From the NCBI GenBank assembly GCA_964016885.1, contig OZ024744.1, positions 102,362,001 through 102,426,000 of the forward strand: 64,000 nt of DNA. The letters are read 5' to 3'. The notes beneath the pieces were generated by a model. It did not search any database and was not told where the DNA came from. It saw only the letters and a list, made by a program, of their open reading frames with translations. Below, one piece after another: positions 38,101-53,100 of the stretch (position 1 is its first letter; each line of letters starts with the position of its first letter). Source of the DNA: Eledone cirrhosa (lineage: Eukaryota). Made by a program: the position numbers and the translations under genes.

Positions 38101-41100
38101 ATATATCAGGTGTGACACTATAGAACAGTTCTATAGTAGGATGGTGTGTCACCTGATATATGAGAGCTGACACTATAGAAGAGTTCTATAGTTGGATGGT
38201 GTGTCACCAGATATATAAGGTGTGACACTATAGAACAGTTCTATACTAGGATGGTGTGTCACCAGATATATCAGTTATGACGCCATAGAACAGTTCTATA
38301 GTAGGATGGTGTGTCACCAGATATATCAGAGGTGACATTATAAAACTGTTCTATACTAGGATTGTGTGTCACCAGATATATCAGGTGTCACACTATAGTA
38401 CAGTTCTATAGTAGGATGCTGTGTCACCATATATATCAGGTGTGACACTATAGAACAGTTCTATAGTAGGATGGTGTGTCACCAGATATATCAGGTGTGA
38501 CACTACAGAACAGTTCTATAGTAGAATGGTGTGTCACCAGATATAAAAGGTGTGACACTATAGAACAGTTCTATAGTAGGATGGTGTGTCACCAGATATA
38601 TCAGTTACGACGCCATAGAACAGTTCTATAGTAGGATGGTGTGTCACCAGATATATCCGATGTGACACTATAGAACAGTTCTATAGTAGGATGGTGTGTC
38701 ACCAGATATATCAGAGGTGACATTATAGAACAGTTCTATAGTAGGATGGTGTGTCACCAGATATATCAGGTGTCAAACTATAGAACTGTTGTATAGCAGG
38801 ATTGTGTGTCACCAGATATATGAGAGCTGACACTATAGAACAGTTCTATAGTAGGATGATGTGTCACCAGATATATCGGGGGCGACACTAGAGACCAGTT
38901 CTAAAGTATGATGGTGTGTCACCAGATATATCAGATGTGACACTATAGAACCGTTCTATAGTAGGATGCTGTGTCACCATATATATCAGAGGTGACCCTA
39001 TAGAACTGTTCTATAGTAGGATGGCGTGTCACCAGATATATGAGAGCTGACAGTATAGAAAAGTTCTATACTAGGATAGTGTGCCACCAGATATATTAGA
39101 AGTGACACTATAGAAGAGTTCTATAGTAGGATGGTGTGTCACCAGATATATCAGATGTGACACTATAGAACAGTTCTATAGTAGGATGGTGTGTCACCAG
39201 ATATACCAGGTGGAACACTATAGAACAGTTATATAGTAGTATGGGGTGTCACCCGTTATATCAGGTGTGACACCTCAGAACAGTTCTATAGTAGGATGGT
39301 GTGTCACCTGATATATGAGAGCTGACACTATAGAAGAGTTCTATAGCAGGATGGTGTGTCACCAGATATATCAGGTGTGACACTATAGAACAGTTCTATA
39401 GTAGAATGGTGTGTCCCCAGATATATCAGGTGTGACACTATAGAACAGTTCTATAGTAGGATGGTGTGTCACCAGATATATCAGGTGTGACTCTATAGAA
39501 CAGTTCTATAGTAGGATGGTGTGTCACCAGATATATCAGGTGGAACACTATAGAACAGTTATATAGTAGTATGGGGTGTCACCCGTTATATCAGGTGTGA
39601 CACCTCAGAACAGTTCTATAGTAGGATGGTGTGTCACCTGATATATGAGAGCTGACACTATAGAAGAGTTCTATAGTAGGATGGTGTGTCACCAGATATA
39701 TCAGGTGTGACACTATAGAAGAGTTCTATAGTAGGATGGTGTGTCACCAGATATATCAGGGATGACACTATGGAACAGTTCTATAGTAGGATGGGGTGTC
39801 ACCAGTTATATCAGGTGTGACACTATAGAACTGTTCTATAGTAAGATTGTGTGTCACCAGATATATCCGATGTGACACTATAGAACAGTTCTATAGTAGG
39901 ATGGTGTGTCACCAGATATATCACAGGTGCCACTACCGAACAGTTCTATAGTAGGATGGTGTGTCACCAGATATATAAGGTGTGACACTATAGAACAGTT
40001 CTATACTAGGATGGTGTGTCACCAGGTATATCAGGTGTGACACTGTAGAACAGTACTATAGTAGGATGGTGTGTCACCAGATATAACAGGTGTGACACTA
40101 TAGAACAGTTCTATAGTAGGATGGTGTGTCACCAGATATATCGGGGGCGACACTAGAGAACAGTTCTATAGTAGGATGGTGTGTCACCAGATATATGAGA
40201 GGTGATACTGTAGAAGAGTTCTATAGTAGGATGGTGTGTCACCAGATATATCAGAGGTGACACTATAGAACAGTTCTATAGTTGATGGTGTGTCACCAGA
40301 TATATCAGAGGTGACATTATAGAACAGTTCTATACTAGGATTGTATGTCACCAGATATGTCAGGTGTCACACTATAGAACAGTTCTATAGTAGGATGGTG
40401 TGTCACCAGATATATCAGGTGTGACATATTAAAAAAGTTCTATAGTAGGATGGTGTGTCACCAGATATATAAGTGGTGACACTATAGAACAGTACTATAG
40501 TAGGATGGTGTGTCACCATATATATTGGGGTGACACTATAGAACAATTCTATAGTAGAATGGTGTGTCACCAGATATATGAGAGATGAGACTATAGAACA
40601 GTTCTATAGTAGGATGGTGTGTCACCAGATATATCATAGCTAAGACTATAGAACAGTTCTATAGTAGGATGGTGTATCACCAGATATAAAAGATGAGACA
40701 CTATAGAACAGGTCTATAGTAGGATGGTGTGTCACCAGATATATCAGGTGTGACACTATATAACAGTTCTATAGTAGGATGGTGTGTCACCAGATATAAC
40801 AGGTGTAACACAATAGAACAGTTCTATAGTAGGATGGTGTGTCACCAGATATATCAGGTGTGACACTATAGAACAGTTCTATAGTAGGATGGTGTGTCAC
40901 CAGATATATCAGGTGTGACACTACAGAACAGTTCTATAGTAGAATGGTGTGTCACCAGATATAAAAGGTGTGACACTATAGAACAGTTCTATAGTAGGAT
41001 GGTGTGTCACCAGATATATCAGTTATGACGCCATAGAACAGTTCTATAGTAGGATGGTGAGTCACCAGATATATCCGATGTGACACTATAGAACAGTTCT

Positions 41101-44100
41101 ATAGTAGGATAGTGTGTCACCAGATATATCAGAGGTGACATTATAGAACAGTTCTATAGTAGGATGGTGTGTCACCAGATATATCAGGTGTCAAACTATA
41201 GAACTGTTGTATAGCAGGATGGTGTGTCACCAGATATATGAGAGCTGACACTATAGAACAGTTCTATAGTAGGATGATGTGTCACCAGATATATCGGGGG
41301 CGACACTAGAGACCAGTTCTAAAGTATGATGGTGTGTCACCAGATATATCAGATGTGACACTATAGAACAGTTCTATAGTAGGATGGGGTGTCACCAGAT
41401 ATATCAGATGTGACACTATAGAACCGTTCTATAGTAGGATGCTGTGTCACCATATATATCAGAGGTGACACTATAGAACTGTTCTATAGTAGGATGGCGT
41501 GTCACCAGATATATGAGAGCTGACACTATAGAAAAGTTCTATACTAGGATAGTGTGCCACCAGATATATTAGAAGTGACACTATAGAAGAGTTCTATAGT
41601 AGGATGGTGTGTCACCAGATATTTCAGATGTGACACTATAGAACAGTTCTGTAGTAGGATGGTGTGTCACCAGATATACCAGGTGGAACACTATAGAACA
41701 GTTATATAGTAGTATGGGGTGTCACCCGTTATATCAGGTGTGACACCTCAGAACAGTTCTATAGTAGGATGGTGTGTCACCTGATATATGAGAGCTGACA
41801 TTATAGAAGAGTTCTATAGTAGGATGGTGTGTCACCAGATATATCAGGTGTGACACTATAGAATAGTTCTATAGTAGGATGGTGTGTCACCAGATATATC
41901 AGGTGTGACACTATAGAACAGTTCTATAGTAGAATGGTGTGTCACCAGATATATCAGGTGTGACACTATAGAACAGTTCTATAGTAGGATGGTGTGTCAC
42001 CAGATATATCAGGTGTGACTCTTTAGAACAGTTCTATAGTAGGATGGTGTGTCACCAGATTTATCAGGTGGAACACTATAGAACAGTTATATAGTAGTAT
42101 GGGGTGTCACCCGTTATATAAGGTGTGACACCTCAGAACAGTTCTCTAGTAGGATGGTGTGTCACCTGATATATGAGAGCTGACACTATAGAAGAGTTCT
42201 ATAGTAGGATGGTGTGTCACCAGATATATCAAGTGTGACACTATAGAACAGTTCTATAGTAGGATGGTGTGTCACCAGATATATCAGCAGTGACATCATC
42301 GAACAGTTCTATAGTAGGATGGTGTGTCACCAGATATATCAGGGGTGACACTATAGAGCAGTTCTATAGTAGGATGGTGTGTCACCAGATATATCTGGTG
42401 TGATACAATAGAACAGTTCTATAGCAGGATGGTGTGTCACCAGATATATGAGAGCTGACACTATAGAACAGTTCTATAGTAGGATGATGTGTCACCAGAT
42501 ATATCGGGGGCGACACTAGAGACCAGTTCTAAAGTATGATGGTGTGTCACCAGATATATCAGATGTGACACTATAGAACAGTTCTATAGTAGGATGGGGT
42601 GTCACCAGATATATCAGATGTGACACTATAGAACCGTTCTATAGTAGGATGCTGTGTCACCATATATATCAGAGGTGACACTATAGAACTGTTCTATAGT
42701 AGGATGGCGTGTCACCAGATATATAAGGTGTGACACCATAGAACAGTTCTATATATTAATTTTGTGTCACCAGATATATCAGAGGTGACACTATAGAACA
42801 GTTCTATAGTAGGATGGTGTGTCACCAGATATATAAAAAGTGACACTATAGAACAGTTCTATAGTAGGATGGTGTGTCACCAGATATATCAACTGTGACA
42901 CTACAGAACAGTTCTATAGTAGAATGGTGTGTCACCGGATATAAAAGGTGTGACCCTATAGAACAGTTCTAGAGTAGGATGGTGTGTCACTAGATATATC
43001 AGCTGTGACACTACAGAACAGTTCTATAGTAGAATGGTGTGTCACCAGATATAAAAGGTGTGACACTATAGAACAGTTCTATAGTAGGATGGTGTGTCAC
43101 CAGATATATCAGGAGTGACACTATAGAACAGTTCTATAGTAGGATGGTGTGTCACCAGATATATCAGGTGTGACACTACAGAACAGTTCTATAGTAGGAT
43201 GGTGTGTCACCATATATATCAGAGGTGACACTACAGAACAGTTCTATAGTAGGATGCTGTGTCACCAGATATATCAGGTGTGACACTATAGAACAGTTCT
43301 ATAGTAGAATGGTGTGTCACCAGATATATCAGGTGTGACACTATAGAACAGTTCTGTAGTAGGATGGTGTGTCACCAGATATATCAGAGATGACACTATA
43401 GAACAGTTCTATAGTAGGATGGTGTGTCACCAGATATATCAGGTGTGACACTATAGAACACATCTATAGTAGGATGGCGTGTCACCAGATATATCAGGGG
43501 TGACACTATAGAACAGTTCTATACTAGGATGGTGTGTCACCAGATATATCAGAGGTGACACTATAGAACAGTTCTATAGTAGGATGGTGTGTCACCAGAT
43601 ATATCAGGTGTGACACTATAGAACAATTCTATAGTAGGATGGTGTATCACCAGATTTATAAGGTGTGACACTATAGAACAGTTCTATACTAGGATGGTGT
43701 GTCACCAGATATATCAGAGGTAACACTATAGAACAGTTCTATAGTAGGATGGTGTGTCAGCAGATATATCAGAGGTGACACTATAGAACAGTTCTATATT
43801 AGGATGGTGTGTCAACAGATATATCAGGTGTGACACTATAGAACAGTTCTATAGTAGGATGGTGTGTCACCAGATATATCAGGGGTGACACCATAGAACA
43901 GTTCTATAGTAGGATGGTGTGTCACCAGATATATCACAGGTGCCACTACAGAACAGTTCTGTAGTAGGATGGTGTGTCACCAGATATATCAGATGTGACA
44001 CTATAGAACAGTTCTATAGTAGGATGGTGTGTCACCAGATATATCAGAGGTGACACCATAGAACAGTTCTATAGTAGGATGGTGTGTCACCAGATATATC

Positions 44101-47100
44101 AGAGGTGACACTATAGAACTGTTCTATAGTAGGATGGCGTGTCACCAGATATATAAGGTGTGACACCATAGAACAGTTCTATATATTAATTTTGTGTCAC
44201 CAGATATATCAGAGGTGACACTATAGAACAGTTCTATAGTAGGATGGTGTGTCACCAGATATATCAGGTGTGACACTATAGAACAGTTCTATAGTAGGAT
44301 GGTGTGTCACCAGATATATCAGGTGTGACACTACAGAACAGTTCTATAGTAGAATGATGTGTCACCAGATATAAAAGGTGTGACACTATAGAACAGTTCT
44401 ATAGTAGGATGGTGTGTCACCAGATATATCAGTTATGACGCCATAGAACAGTTCTATAGTAGGATGGTGTGTCACCAGATATATCCGATGTGACACTATA
44501 GAACAGTTCTATAGTAGGATGGTGTGTCACCAGATATATCAGAGGTGACATTATAGAACAGTTCTATAGTAGGATGGTGTGTCACCAGATATATCAGGTG
44601 TCAAACTATAGAACTGTTGTATAGCAGGATGGTGTGTCACCAGATATATGAGAGCTGACACTATAGAACAGTTCTATAGTAGGATGATGTGTCACCAGAT
44701 ATATCGGGGGCGACACTAGAGACCAGTTCTAAAGTATGATGGTGTGTCACCAGATATATCAGATGTGACACTATAGAACAGTTCTATAGTAGGATGGGGT
44801 GTCACCAGATATATCAGATGTGACACTATAGAACCGTTCTATAGTAGGATGCTGTGTCACCATATATATCAGAGGTGACACTATAGAACTGTTCTATAGT
44901 AGGATGGCGTGTCACCAGATATATGAGAGCTGACACTATAGAAAAGTTCTATACTAGGATAGTGTGCCACCAGATATATTAGAAGTGACACTATAGAAGA
45001 GTTCTATAGTAGGATGGTGTGTCACCAGATATTTCAGATGTGACACTATAGAACAGGTCTATAGTAGGATGGTGTGTCACCAGATATACCAGGTGGAACA
45101 CTATAGAACAGTTATATAGTAGTATGGGGTGTCACCCGTTATATCAGGTGTGACACCTCTGAACAGTTCTATAGTAGGATGGTGTGTCACCTGATATATG
45201 AGAGCTGACATTATAGAAGAGTTCTATAGTAGGATGGTGTGTCACCAGATATATCAGGTGTGACACTATAGAATAGTTCTATAGTAGTATGGTGTGTCAC
45301 CAGATATATCAGGTGTGACACTATAGAACAGTTCTATAGTAGAATGGTGTGTCACCAGATATATCAGGTGTGACACTATAGAACAGTTCTATAGTAGGAT
45401 GGTGTGTCACCAGATATATGAGAAGTGACACTATAGAACAGTTCTATAGTAGGATGGTGTGTCACCAGATATATCAGCTGTGACACTACAGAACAGTTCT
45501 ATAATAGAATGGTGTGTCACCAGATATAAAAGGTGTGACACTATAGAACAGTTCTATAGTAGGATGGTGTGTCACCAGATATATCAGCTGTGACACTACA
45601 GAACAGTTCTATAGTAGAATGGTGTGTCACCAGATATAAAAGGTGTGACACTATAGAACAGTTCTATAGTAGGATGGTGTGTCACCAGATATATCAGGAG
45701 TGACACTATAGAACAGTTCTATAGTAAGATGGTGTGTCACCAGATATATCAGAGGTGACACTATAGAACAGTTCTATAGTAGGATGGTGTGTCACCAGAT
45801 ATATCAGGTGTGACACTATAGAACAGTTCTATAGTAGAATGGTGTGTCACCAGATATATCAGAGGTGACACCATAGAACAGTTCTATAGTAGGATGGTGT
45901 GTCACCAGATATGTCAGGGGTGACACAATAGAACAGTTCTATAGTAGGATGGTGTGTCACCAGATATATCACAGGTGCCACTACAGAACAGCTCTGTAGT
46001 AGGATGGTGTGTCACCAGATATATCAGATGTGACACTATAGAACAGTTCTATAGTAGGATGGTGTGTCACCAGATATATCAGAGGTGACACCATAGAACA
46101 GTTCTATAGTAGGATGGTGTGTCACCAGATATATCAGAGGTGACACTATAGAACAGTTCTATAGTAGGATGGTGTGTCACCAGACATATCAGGTGTGACA
46201 CTATAGAACAGTTCTATAGTAGGATGGTGTGTCACCAGATATATCAGAACTGACACTATAGAACAGTTCTATAGTAGGATGGTGTGTCACGAGATATATA
46301 AGGTGTGACACCATAGAACAGTTCTATATATTAATTTTGTGTCACCAGATATATCAGAGGTGACACTATAGAACAGTTCTATAGTAGGATGGTGTGTCAC
46401 CAGATATATGAGAAGTGACACTATAGAACAGTTCTATAGTAGGATGGTGTGTCACCAGATATATCAGCTGTGACACTACAGAACAGTTCTATATTAGGAT
46501 GGTGTGTCACCAGATATATCATGGGTGACACTGTTGAACAGTTCTATAATAGGATGGTGTGTCACCAGATATATCAGGGATGACACTATGGAACAGTTCT
46601 ATAGTAGGATGGGGTGTCACCAGTTATATCAGGTGTGACACTATAGAACTGTTCTATAGTAAGATTGTGTGTCACCAGATATATCCGATGTGACACTATA
46701 GAACAGTTCTATAGTAGGATGGTGTGTCACCAGATATATCACAGGTGCCACTACCGAACAGTTCTATAGTAGGATGGTGTGTCACCAGATATATAAGGTG
46801 TGACACTATAGAACAGTTCTATACTAGGATGGTGTGTCACCAGGTATATCAGGTGTGACACTGTAGAACAGTTCTATAGTAGGATGGTGTGTCACCAGAT
46901 ATAACAGGTGTGACACTATAGAACAGTTATATAGTAGTATGGGGTGTCACCCGTTATATCAGGTGTGACACCTCTGAACAGTTCTATAGTAGGATGGTGT
47001 GTCACCAGATATATCAGGTGTGACATATTAAAACAGTTCTATAGTAGGATGGTGTGTCACCAGATATATAAGTGGTGACACTATAGAACAGTACTATAGT

Positions 47101-50100
47101 AGGATGGTGTGTCACCATATATATTGGGGTGACACTATAGAACAATTCTATAGTAGAATGGTGTGTCACCAGATATATGAGAGATGACACTATAGAACTG
47201 TTCTATAGTAGGATGGTGTGTCACCAGATATATCAGAGCTGAGACTATAGAACAGTTCTATAGTAGGATGGTGTGTCACCAGATATAAAAGGTGAGACAC
47301 TATAGAACAGGTCTATAGTAGGATGGTGTGTCACCAGATATATCAGGTGTGACACTATATAACAGTTTTATAGTAGGATGGTGTGTCACCAGATATAACG
47401 GGTGTGACACAATAGAACAGTTCTATAGTAGGATGGTGTGTCACCAGATATATCAGGTGTGACACTATAGAACAGTTCTATAGTAGGATGGTGTGTCACC
47501 AGATATATCAGGTGTGACACTACAGAACTGTTCTATAGTAGAATGGTGTGTCACCAGATATAAAAGGTGTGACACTATAGAACAGTTCTATAGTAGGATG
47601 GTGTGTCACCAGATATATCAGTTATGACGCCATAGAACAGTTCTATAGTAGGATGGTGTGTCACCAGATATATCCGATGTGACACTATAGAACAGTTCTA
47701 TAGTAGGATGGTGTGTCACCAGATATATCAGAGGTGACATTATAGAACAGTTCTATAGTAGGATGGTGTGTCACCAGATATATCAGGTGTCAAACTATAG
47801 AACTGTTGTATAGCAGGATGGTGTGTCACCAGATATATGAGAGCTGACACTATAGAACAGTTCTATAGTAGGATGATGTGTCACCAGATATATCGGGGGC
47901 GACACTAGAGACCAGTTCTAAAGTATGATGGTGTGTCACCAGATATATCAGATGTGACACTATAGAACAGTTCTATAGTAGGATGGGGTGTCACCAGATA
48001 TATCAGATGTGACACTATAGAACCGTTCTATAGTAGGATGCTGTGTCACCATATATATCAGAGGTGACACTATAGAACTGTTCTATAGTAGGATGGCGTG
48101 TCACCAGATATATGAGAGCTGACACTCTAGAAAAGTTCTATACTAGGATAGTGTGCCACCAGATATATTAGAAGTGACACTATAGAAGAGTTCTATAGTA
48201 GGATGGTGTGTCACCAGATATTTCAGATGTGACACTATAGAACAGGTCTATAGTAGGATGGTGTGTCACCAGATATACCAGGTGGAACACTATAGAACAG
48301 TTATATAGTAGTATGGGGTGTCACCCGTTATATCAGGTGTGACACCTCTGAACAGTTCTATAGTAGGATGGTGTGTCACCTGATATATGAGAGCTGACAT
48401 TATAGAAGAGTTCTATAGTAGGATGGTGTGTCACCAGATATATCAGGTGTGACACTATAGAATAGTTCTATAGTAGGATGGTGTGTCACCAGATATATCA
48501 GGTGTGACACTATAGAACAGTTCTATAGTAGAATGGTGTGTCACCAGATATATCAGGTGTGACACTATAGAACAGTTCTATAGTAGGATGGTGTGTCACC
48601 AGATATATGAGAAGTGACACTATAGAACAGTTCTATAGCAGGATGGTGTGTCACCAGATATATCAGCTGTGACACTACAGAACAGTTCTATAATAGAATG
48701 GTGTGTCACCAGATATAAAAGGTGTGACACTATAGAACAGTTCTATAGTAGGATGGTGTGTCACCAGATATATCAGCTGTGACACTACAGAACAGTTCTA
48801 TAGTAGAATGGTGTGTCACCAGATATAAAAGGTGTGACACTATAGAACAGTTCTATAGTAGGATGGTGTGTCACCAGATATATCAGGAGTGACACTATAG
48901 AACAGTTCTATAGTAAGATGGTGTGTCACCAGATATATCAGAGGTGACACTATAGAACAGTTCTATAGTAGGATGGTGTGTCACCAGATATATCAGGTGT
49001 GACACTATAGAACAGTTCTATAGTAGAATGGTGTGTCACCAGATATATCAGAGGTGACACCATAGAACAGTTCTATAGTAGGATGGTGTGTCACCAGATA
49101 TGTCAGGGGTGACACAATAGAACAGTTCTATAGTAGGATGGTGTGTCACCAGATATATCACAGGTGCCACTACAGAACAGCTCTGTAGTAGGATGGTGTG
49201 TCACCAGATATATCAGATGTGACACTATAGAACAGTTCTATAGTAGGATGGTGTGTCACCAGATATATCAGAGGTGACACCATAGAACAGTTCTATAGTA
49301 GGATGGTGTGTCACCAGATATATCAGAGGTGACACTATAGAACAGTTCTATAGTAGGATGGTGTGTCACCAGACATATCAGGTGTGACACTATAGAACAG
49401 TTCTATAGTAGGATGGTGTGTCACCAGATATATCAGAACTGACACTATAGAACAGTTCTATAGTAGGATGGTGTGTCACGAGATATATAAGGTGTGACAC
49501 CATAGAACAGTTCTATATATTAATTTTGTGTCACCAGATATATCAGAGGTGACACTATAGAACAGTTCTATAGTAGGATGGTGTGTCACCAGATATATGA
49601 GAAGTGACACTATAGAACAGTTCTATAGTAGGATGGTGTGTCACCAGATATATCAGCTGTGACACTACAGAACAGTTCTATAGTAGAATGGTGTGTCACC
49701 AGATATAAAAAGTGTGACACTATAGAACAGTTCTATAGTAGGATGGTGTGTCACCAGATATATCAGCTGGGACACTACAGAACAGTTCTATTGTAGAATG
49801 GTGTGTCACCAGACATAAAAGGTGTGACACTATAGAACAGTTCTATAGTAGGATGGTGTGTCACCAGATGTATCAGGAGTGACACTATAGAACAGTTCTA
49901 TAGTAGGATGGTGTGTCACCAGATATATCAGGTGTGACACTACAGAACAGTTCTATAGTAGGATGGTGTGTCACCATATATATCAGAGGTGACACTATAG
50001 AACAGTTCTATAGTAGGATGGTGTGTCACCAGATATATCAGGTGTGACACTATAGAACAGTTCTATAGTAGAATGGTGTGTCAGCAGATATATCAGGTGT

Positions 50101-53100
50101 GACACTATAGAATAGTTCTGTAGTAGGATGGTGTGTCACCAGATATATCAGGAGTGACACTATAGAACAGTTCTATAGTAGGATGGTGTGTCACCAGATA
50201 TATCAGGTGTGACACTATAGAACACATCTACAGTAGGATGGTGTGTCACCAGATGTATCAGGGGTGACACTATAGAACAGTTCTATACTAGGATGGTGTG
50301 TCACCAGATATATCAGAGGTGACACTATAGAACAGTTCTATAGTAGGATGGTGTGTCACCAGATATATCAGGTGTGACACTATAGAACAGTTCTATAGTA
50401 GGATGGTGTGTCACCAGATATATCATGTGTGACACTATAGAACAGTTCTATATTAGGATGGTGTGTCACCAGATATATCAGAGCTGACACTATAGAACAG
50501 TTCTATAGTAGGATGGTGTGTCACGAGATATATAAGGTGTGACACCATAGAACAGTTCTATATATTAATTTTGTGTTACCAGATATATCAGAGGTGACAC
50601 TATAGAACAGTTCTATAGTAGGATGGTGTGTCACCAGATATATGAGAAGTGACACTATAGAACAGTTCTATAGTAGGATGGTGTGTCACCAGATATATCA
50701 GCTGTGACACTACAGAACAGTTCTATAATAGAATGGTGTGTCACCAGATATAAAAGGTGTGACACTATAGAACAGTTCTATAGTAGAATGGTGTGTCACC
50801 AGATATATCAGCTGTGACACTACAGAACAGTTCTATAGTAGAATGGTGTGTCACCAGATATAAAAGGTGTGACACTATAGAACAGTTCTATAGTAGGATG
50901 GTGTGTCACCAGATATATCAGGAGTGATACTATAGAACAGTTCTATAGTAGGATGGTGTGTCACCAGATATATCAGAGGTGACACTATAGAACAGTTCTA
51001 TAGTAGGATGGTGTGACACCAGATATATCAGGTGTGACACTATAGAACAGTTCTATAGTAGAATGGTGTGTCACCAGATTTATAAGGTGTGACACTATAG
51101 AACAGTTCTATACTAGGATGGTGTGTCACCAGATATATCAGAGGTGACAATATAGAACAGTTCTATAGTAGGATGGTGTGTCACCAGATATATCAGAGGT
51201 GACAATATAGAACAGTTCTATAGTAGGATGGTGTGTCACCAGATATATCAGGTGTGACACTATAGAACACATCTATAGTAGGATGGTGTGTCACCAGATA
51301 TATCAGGGGTGACACTATAGAACAGTTCTATACTAGGATGGTGTGTCACCAGATATGTCAGAGGTGACACTATAGAACAGTTCTATAGTAGGATGGTGTG
51401 TCACCAGATATATCAGGTGTGACACTATAGAACAGTTCTATAGTAGGATGGTGTGTCACCAGATTTATAAGGTGTGACACTATAGAACAGTTCTATACTA
51501 GGATGGTGTGTCACCAGATATATCAGGTGTGACAATATAGAACAGTTCTATAGTAGGATGGTGTGTCACCAGATATATCAGAGGTGACACTATAGAACAG
51601 TTCTATAGTAGGATGGTGTGTCAGCAGATATATCAGAGGTGACACTATAGAACAGTTCTATATTAGGATGGTGTGTCAACAGATATATCAGGTGTGACAC
51701 TATAGAACAGTTCTATAGTAGGATGGTGTGTCACCAGATATATCAGGGGTGACACCATAGAACAGTTCTATAGTAGGATGGTGTGTCACCAGATATATCA
51801 CAGGTGCCACTACAGAACAGCTCTGTAGGAGGATGGTGTGTCACCAGATATATCAGATGTGACACTATAGAACAGTTCTATAGTAGGATGGTGTGTCACC
51901 AGATATATCAGAGGTGACACCATAGAACAGTTCTATAGTAGGATGGTGTGTCACCAGATATATCAGAGGTGACACTATAGAACAGTTCTATAGTAGGATG
52001 GTGTGTCACCAGACATATCAGGTGTGACATTATAGAACAGTTCTATAGTAGGATGGTGTGTCACCAGATATATCAGGTGTGACACTATAGAACAGTTCTA
52101 TAGTAGGATCGTGTGTCACGAGATATATAAGGTGTGACACCATAGAACAGTTCTATATATTAATTTTGTGTCACCAGATATATCAGACGTGACACTATAG
52201 AACAGTTCTATAGTAGGATGGTGTGTCACCAGATATATCAGCTGTGACACTACAGAACAGTTCTATAGTAGAATGGTGTGTCACCAGATATAAAAGGTGT
52301 GACACTATAGAACAGTTCTATAGTAGGATGGTGTGTCACCAGATATATCAGGAGTGACACTATAGAACAGTTCTATAGTAGGATGGTGTCACCAGATATA
52401 TCAGGTGTGACACTACAGAACAGTTCTATAGTAGGATGGTGTGTCACCATATATATCAGAGGTGACACTATAGAACAGTTCTATAGTAGGATGGTGTGTC
52501 ACCAGATATATCAGGTGTGACACTATAGAACAGTTCTATAGTAGAATGGTGTGTCACCAGATATATCAGGTGTGACACTATAGAATAGTTCTGTAGTAGG
52601 ATGGTGTGTCACCAGATATATCAGAGGTGACACTATGGAACAGTTCTATAGTAGGATGGTGTGTCACCAGATATATCAGGTGTGACACTATAGAACACAT
52701 CTATAGTAGGATGGTGTGTCACCAGATGTATCAGGGGTGACACTATAGAACAGTTCTATACTAGGATGGTGTGTCACCAGATATATCAGAGGTGACACTA
52801 TAGAACAGTTCTATAGTAGGATGGTGTGTCACCAGATATATCAGCTGTGACACTATAGAACAGTTCTATAGTAGTATGGTGTGTCACCAGATTTATAAGG
52901 TGTGACACTATAGAACAGTTCTATACTAGGATGGTGTGTCACCAGATATATCAGAGGTGACACTATAGAACAGTTCTATAGTAGGATGGTGTGTCTGCAG
53001 ATATATCAGCGGTGACACTATAGAACAGTTCTATATTAGGATGGTGTGTCAACAGATATATCAGGTTTGACACTATCGAACAGTTCTATAGTAGGATGGT

